Positions 59,234 through 64,000 of a stretch of DNA of 64,000 nt are shown piece by piece. The position numbers and the translations under genes were made by a program. A model generated the notes under the pieces. It saw nothing but the letters and a program-made list of their open reading frames with translations, did no database searches and had not been told where the DNA came from. How positions within the stretch are numbered: position 1 is the first letter of the stretch; each line of letters opens with the position of its first letter. The stretch comes from Candidatus Hydrogenedentota bacterium (GTDB lineage Bacteria > Hydrogenedentota > Hydrogenedentia > Hydrogenedentales > SLHB01): contig BTVY01000035.1 in NCBI GenBank assembly GCA_045863335.1, forward strand, positions 1-64,000. The letters run 5' to 3'.

Positions 59234-60901
59234 ATGGTTTGGTTCACCGAATTGTTTCAGGGCGAATCCGTCGCCAGCTCGGTGTTAATCCTTGCACTGG
59301 TGGCGGCCTTGGGTTTGGCCCTGGGTAGTCTCAAAATCAAGGGCATCGGGCTGGGCATTGCCGGGGTGCTCTTTTCGGGACTCTTGTTCGGCCACTTCAA
59401 GTTTGCCATCAACCACGAAGTCATGGAGTTCGCCCGCGAATTCGGCCTCATCCTTTTCGTCTACACCATCGGACTTCAGGTCGGCCCCGGATTCCTCGCC
59501 TCGTTGCGGAAAGAAGGGCTGCCCCTCAACATCATGGCGGCGAGCATCGTCGTGCTTGGCGCGGTGACCGCGGTGGTGATCGGTTACGCGGCGGGCATCG
59601 AGATCCCCGTCGTCGTCGGATTGCTGTCGGGCGCCACCACCAACACCCCCAGCCTCGCCGCCGCGCAGCAGGCCCTCATGGACTCGGGCGTCACCGGTCC
59701 GGAGGTGACGAAGATGCCGGGCCTCGGCTACGCCGTCGCCTACCCCTTCGGCATCATGGGCATCATCCTGACGATGCTGTTGATCCGGGCAGTCTTTCGC
59801 GTCAATACGGTCCAGGAATCCGACGAACTCCGCCAGCATCGCGAGCGCGCGATCGAACCGCTGGAGCGCGTCAACCTCATCGTCGAAAACCCCAACCTGG
59901 AAGGCATGGCGCTGGGCGAGATTTCACTGTTCGAGGAGTCCGGCGTCGTCATCTCGCGGGTCCGGCATGGCGAGGACCAGTTCATTGCGCAGGCAGACAC
60001 GGTGCTCCATCTCGGAGATATTGTCCTTGCCGTCGGCCCCCGGCCAAAACTGCACGCCCTACGGTTGCTCGTCGGCAAGAAGACCGATGTGGACCTCTCC
60101 TCAGTGCCAAGCAACATCACGAGTCAGACGCTCATCGTCACGCAGAAGGGCGTGCTCGGGAAGTCAGCGCCGGAGCTTGGATTGCGTTCAAAGTACGACG
60201 TGCAGATCACGCGCGTGCGACGGTCGGGTGTCGAGTTGCCGGTCAGCCCTTCACTCCGGTTTCAGTACGGCGACCGGCTGGTGGCGGTTGGTGAAAAGCA
60301 GCGCATCGAGCAGGTCGCCGCGCTCTTCGGCAACTCCGAGAAGCGCCTGAACCATCCGGAGATCATCCCCATTTTCGTAGGCGTCGTCCTGGGCGTCATC
60401 CTGGGAAGTTGGCCTTTCGAGATCCCCGGCGTGCCGGCGCCGGTCAAACTCGGGCTCGCGGGCGGACCGCTTCTCGTCGCCATCGTGCTCAGCCGGATCG
60501 GCCGCATCGGACCCTTGGTCTGGTACCTGCCCAGCAGCGCCAACTTCATCCTGCGCGAAGTCGGGATCGTCCTGTTCCTCGCCTGCGTCGGGCTCAAGTC
60601 CGGCGACCGGTTTGTCGAGACCCTCGTCCAAGGCGACGGTCTGAAATGGATGGCGCTCGCCTCGTTGATTACGCTCGTGCCGCTGGTCACCGTGGGCATC
60701 ATTGGCCGGCTCTTCTTGAAGACCAACTACCTCACCATCTGCGGCCTCCTCGCCGGCAGTATGACCGACCCCCCAGCCCTCGCCTTCGCCGGCAGCGTCA
60801 CCAACTCCGACGAACCCACCGTGTCCTACGCCGCCGTCTACCCCCTGACGATGATCCTGCGCGTGCTCCTGGCTCAACTCGCCGTCCTGCTGTTTTTGTA
60901 A
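59234..60901 (+). CDS. YidE/AspT family transporter with TrkA-C domains
   Basis: GLILFVYTIGLQVGP, SGATTNTPSL, YAVAYPFG, KLGLAGGPL, AGSMTDPPAL, YAAVYP. Confidence 0.93.
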   Translation: MVWFTELFQGESVASSVLILALVAALGLALGSLKIKGIGLGIAGVLFSGLLFGHFKFAINHEVMEFAREFGLILFVYTIGLQVGPGFLASLRKEGLPLNIMAASIVVLGAVTAVVIGYAAGIEIPVVVGLLSGATTNTPSLAAAQQALMDSGVTGPEVTKMPGLGYAVAYPFGIMGIILTMLLIRAVFRVNTVQESDELRQHRERAIEPLERVNLIVENPNLEGMALGEISLFEESGVVISRVRHGEDQFIAQADTVLHLGDIVLAVGPRPKLHALRLLVGKKTDVDLSSVPSNITSQTLIVTQKGVLGKSAPELGLRSKYDVQITRVRRSGVELPVSPSLRFQYGDRLVAVGEKQRIEQVAALFGNSEKRLNHPEIIPIFVGVVLGVILGSWPFEIPGVPAPVKLGLAGGPLLVAIVLSRIGRIGPLVWYLPSSANFILREVGIVLFLACVGLKSGDRFVETLVQGDGLKWMALASLITLVPLVTVGIIGRLFLKTNYLTICGLLAGSMTDPPALAFAGSVTNSDEPTVSYAAVYPLTMILRVLLAQLAVLLFL

Positions 60902-61051
60902 CTTTCTTTAAATTCATTGACTACATAAAGAAGTCGAAATAATCTATATTTACGCTATACGTACTCGAAAATCTTGATCTAATAACCGCAAAATTTTCAT
61001 GTAAATGCAATCTTTGACTAATAGATGAAGTCAAACAAAGCCAAAAACAAA

Positions 61052-64000
61052 TTATCCGACCTCCAAGCGGAGTTCCCCGACTGGCGATAACTTCACTGAA
61101 TCTGAAAAACGCACTTCGCAACGCTTCCCATCGAAGCGGGCAGTTGCCCGAACCGGTTCGCCCTTGAGGGTTACGCGCACGCGATTGCCGCTCAAGTTGT
61201 CCGGGCATTCAACCGTCACCGTCGATAATTGCACTTCACCATAGCGGATATCGATGCTGTTTCGCTGGCTGCGTCCGGTCCTCCGTTGCGCGACCGTTCC
61301 CCATCCGGCGCCACCGGCGAAGAAACCTTTGTAGTTCTCCGGCGTGACCCGGGGCGCGAAGGACAGCGCGCCGGACGCGGCGTCGTACACGAGCCCGGCT
61401 GCGGCAGTCATCAGCGAATATGAGGACATGGCGCGTGCGTAGTGTCCGCCGCATTCGATCTCCGACCAGGGGTTGCGCTGGCTGCCGGAATACCGCTCCC
61501 GCGCACCGCGGACGATCTGGAGTCCCTCCTCCACCATGCCTTCGTGGATGAGGCTCGCGGCGACGTGATACTCGAGGCCGGTCCAGACTTCGTCGCAGTA
61601 AAGGATCGGCCGCTCGGGCCGCCCGCCGTTCGGCCACGTGCAGGTGAGCAACCCTTTCTCCGTCCCTTCCGCAAAGACGCGTTGGTGGTGCACGTGATCG
61701 GACAAATCGGCGCGCCAGCAATTCTGGTGAATCGCTTTCAAAGCCTGCTTCACATGCTCCTCCGGCAGCACGTACCCCAGATCAAGTATGAAGGCCCACC
61801 ACTGCCCGAGCAGTTGATCGGTGTGGCAACCCGGCCCGTAGCAGTTGCCGTTGTTGTACGTGGCACCATCCGCGCCGGGAGCATCGAAAATATTTTCGTA
61901 GTACTCGCCGTTCCAGCACGTCTTGTCGTAGCCGTCGCGGCCCAACTCGAAGCGCGCGCGGAACTCCTGCGCCGTGTCAGCTTCGTTCATGACCTTGGCC
62001 ATTTCCTCCGCGGCGCGGAGTGCGGCGAGGTACAGGGTGCCGATGAAGGTGTTGCTGCCGTACAAATGCGTGTCGTAGGTGTTGGGCTGCTCGCCGCGAA
62101 TCACGCCCGTGCCCTCGGGGTCGTGATACTTCATGATGTATCGCATCAAGGTCTTCGTGCGATCCCATACGGACGCCAACCACGCCCGATCGCCCTGTTG
62201 CCGGTATTCGCGGTACGATTTCAGCACCGTCCCGAGTTCGCCGTCCAGCGCGGGATGGTGTGGACCGCCAATCTCAAAACCGAGACGCGGCAGCGACAGG
62301 GGCAGCACGGTGCGGTGCGGGATGTAGTGCTCCTCGGGATGCATCTGGACCAGCAAATCCGTCTCCCGCACGTTGCGCTCCAGCGCGGGCAAGAGGAACG
62401 CGGTGGACATGGCGTAGTTGTAGACGTGCGTGCAGTTCATGGGGCAGCAGCGGTCGGACCCTTCAAAACCGCCGACGGTGCCGTCCTCGAGCCAGATGGA
62501 TATGGGCGACCGCATGATGGACGCGTTGGCAGTGACGCAGTCGAGGTAATAGCGCGGCAGCGTGCTGTTGTAGAACGTCGTGTGGAAAGTGCGTGTCTCC
62601 TCGGTCAGACGCTGCAGGTTGGCGGCGACGTAATCGATCACCTCGTTCGCGTTTCCGAACCAGTTGTTGTACTGGTTGCCGAGCCGGTGGTCGTACTGGT
62701 AGCGCGGCGGACCCCAGCCGTAGTTCTCGTCGCGGGTGCGGTTGGGGAAATGCCACGCTAAGGCGATTGTCACCATCTTCTCTTCACCGGGTTGCAGCGT
62801 GTGCGTCGTAGCGATGACGCCGTTACAGGAACTGCCAGGCGAACCGGGACCTTCCATTGCAGACGCGATGGTGCCGTTCGCGAACGCTTCCCACAGCGAA
62901 CCGAAATCCGACCATTGCGGGCACGCGCTCATTTCGCCATCGTCGCCGAGCAACGCAAGCGCCATCGATCCGTACAGGATCGCGTCAGGCGAATACCCCG
63001 TCATGGGTTGGTACGCATTGCCCATGGCGAGAGCGGCAAGGTTCCCAAGTATCGCTTTGCGATCGGAACCGTCCACCCATCGATCGGGCAGCCCGTTGCA
63101 GACGATCAACGTTCCGTTGCCGTAACTGCCTGAGATGACCAGCGGTGTCCCATCCTCGGTTTCCAGCAGCCGCTCCGCGCCGCGCTTCAACCAGTCCAAT
63201 CGGAAATTCAAGAATCCTTCCGCTTTGACGCTGGCCGTTTGAACGCCGTTTACGATAGGCCCTTCCATACGGACTGGCTGCGGCGAATCCGCCGGACGCA
63301 CGCGAAGGAACCGGAACGGTAGCGCCTCGCGGAATCGTTTGGCCAGCGCTTTGTCCATGGAATCGGAGCGGGCGGAATCGCTGAAGACGATGCGGTCGAC
63401 CAAAATATGGCCCCAACCGCCGGTGTGCCGATCGACGATCTCGATTTGCGCCTGCTTGCCCGCGTGCGCCTCCACGTCCCAGGTAACCTGCCGCAGCTTC
63501 TCCGTGTTTTCGCCCGTCGCAGTCTCGACGACCGCGCCATCAACCACCAGATTGACGCAGGTTTCGCCGGGATGGTTGCCGCCGCCTACGAGGAGATGAA
63601 TGAAGCGCCGTTCGATGGTGAACGCCCCTGAAGTGGCTTTCCCTTGCGTGCCATCCGTGCCGTTGAACGTATTGACGAAATACGTGCCCTGCCAACCGCT
63701 CACCGTTTGCTGATTGGGCTGCGTTCCGGTGACGGGCGCATCGCCGAAGCAATCGCCTTCGATGGTCCAGTCGCCGTAGGTGCCCGATTCCCAGTCCTCG
63801 AACACCTCAATCGTGTCGTCTCCTTCGTTGCGGCCAAGATGGGCGAGCAGCGACTGGTCATCGTTCGTCAGCACGAGCGCTGCGCCCGCCTCGACACGAT
63901 CGAGAAGATTCGACAATGCCGTCGGGGACAACGATCCGCGACGGTCCACCACGAAAAGCACGTCGTCGGGCGCGGTCTCCTTCGGCAACGGAGCGGGTTC
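61052..64000 (-). CDS. GH116 (GBA2-like) glycoside hydrolase, 5' end outside the window
   Basis: FEG...CCPMNCTHV.NY, QPNTYD, WNGEYY, DQLLGQWW, EVWTGLEY, RNPWSEIECG.HYARAMSS; inserted levanase-type beta module (GWGHILVDRI). Confidence 0.88.
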   Translation of the reverse strand, partial: EPAPLPKETAPDDVLFVVDRRGSLSPTALSNLLDRVEAGAALVLTNDDQSLLAHLGRNEGDDTIEVFEDWESGTYGDWTIEGDCFGDAPVTGTQPNQQTVSGWQGTYFVNTFNGTDGTQGKATSGAFTIERRFIHLLVGGGNHPGETCVNLVVDGAVVETATGENTEKLRQVTWDVEAHAGKQAQIEIVDRHTGGWGHILVDRIVFSDSARSDSMDKALAKRFREALPFRFLRVRPADSPQPVRMEGPIVNGVQTASVKAEGFLNFRLDWLKRGAERLLETEDGTPLVISGSYGNGTLIVCNGLPDRWVDGSDRKAILGNLAALAMGNAYQPMTGYSPDAILYGSMALALLGDDGEMSACPQWSDFGSLWEAFANGTIASAMEGPGSPGSSCNGVIATTHTLQPGEEKMVTIALAWHFPNRTRDENYGWGPPRYQYDHRLGNQYNNWFGNANEVIDYVAANLQRLTEETRTFHTTFYNSTLPRYYLDCVTANASIMRSPISIWLEDGTVGGFEGSDRCCPMNCTHVYNYAMSTAFLLPALERNVRETDLLVQMHPEEHYIPHRTVLPLSLPRLGFEIGGPHHPALDGELGTVLKSYREYRQQGDRAWLASVWDRTKTLMRYIMKYHDPEGTGVIRGEQPNTYDTHLYGSNTFIGTLYLAALRAAEEMAKVMNEADTAQEFRARFELGRDGYDKTCWNGEYYENIFDAPGADGATYNNGNCYGPGCHTDQLLGQWWAFILDLGYVLPEEHVKQALKAIHQNCWRADLSDHVHHQRVFAEGTEKGLLTCTWPNGGRPERPILYCDEVWTGLEYHVAASLIHEGMVEEGLQIVRGARERYSGSQRNPWSEIECGGHYARAMSSYSLMTAAAGLVYDAASGALSFAPRVTPENYKGFFAGGAGWGTVAQRRTGRSQRNSIDIRYGEVQLSTVTVECPDNLSGNRVRVTLKGEPVRATARFDGKRCEVRFSDSVKLSPVGELRLEVG

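Noticed and set aside
60915-60942. dif (XerCD) site
   Set aside because: The minus-strand TTATGTAGTCAAT only loosely resembles the XerD arm TTATGTTAAAT, and there is no matching XerC arm across a 6-bp spacer

Overview
GC-rich bacterial chromosomal window with no rRNA, tRNA, CRISPR array, prophage or transposase detected. The gene content suggests a PVC-adjacent or candidate-phylum heterotroph such as Ca. Hydrogenedentota; this is inference from DUF1559/H-X9-DG, GH172, GH116 and ceramidase-like genes and many sigma54 promoters. In order: a sigma54-driven small Zn-finger gene; groEL-groES under a sigma54 promoter with TGCCA-N3-TGGCA boxes; a six-gene operon (NarI-like membrane protein, NasA-type molybdoenzyme, 4Fe-4S protein, Tat-Rieske, small membrane protein, TDT channel) preceded by a near-perfect NsrR box; two secreted metalloproteases sharing an extreme C-terminal PVPVE(I/V)SGFxT(D/E) tag; tandem GH172 paralogs; DinB, YqeY, FMN reductase and ALDH; a ~20 kb Wzx/Wzy exopolysaccharide cluster (degenerate Wzc, nested Wza, GT4s, GH10-like and GH51-like hydrolases); GT2; Ser/Thr kinase; an ECF sigma with an anti-sigma fused to GspC-like and pilin/DUF1559-like domains; TetR; a flagellum-related module; a YidE/AspT transporter; and a partial GH116. 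The most striking element is the first gene of the flagellum-related module, a ~1345-aa membrane TPR protein. Its predicted cytoplasmic arm carries about ten FliM-N/CheZ-C-like QxE(I/L)D peptides, and it is followed by FlgN-like and FleS/FleR-like genes. All family calls come from motif recognition by eye; no database search was run.
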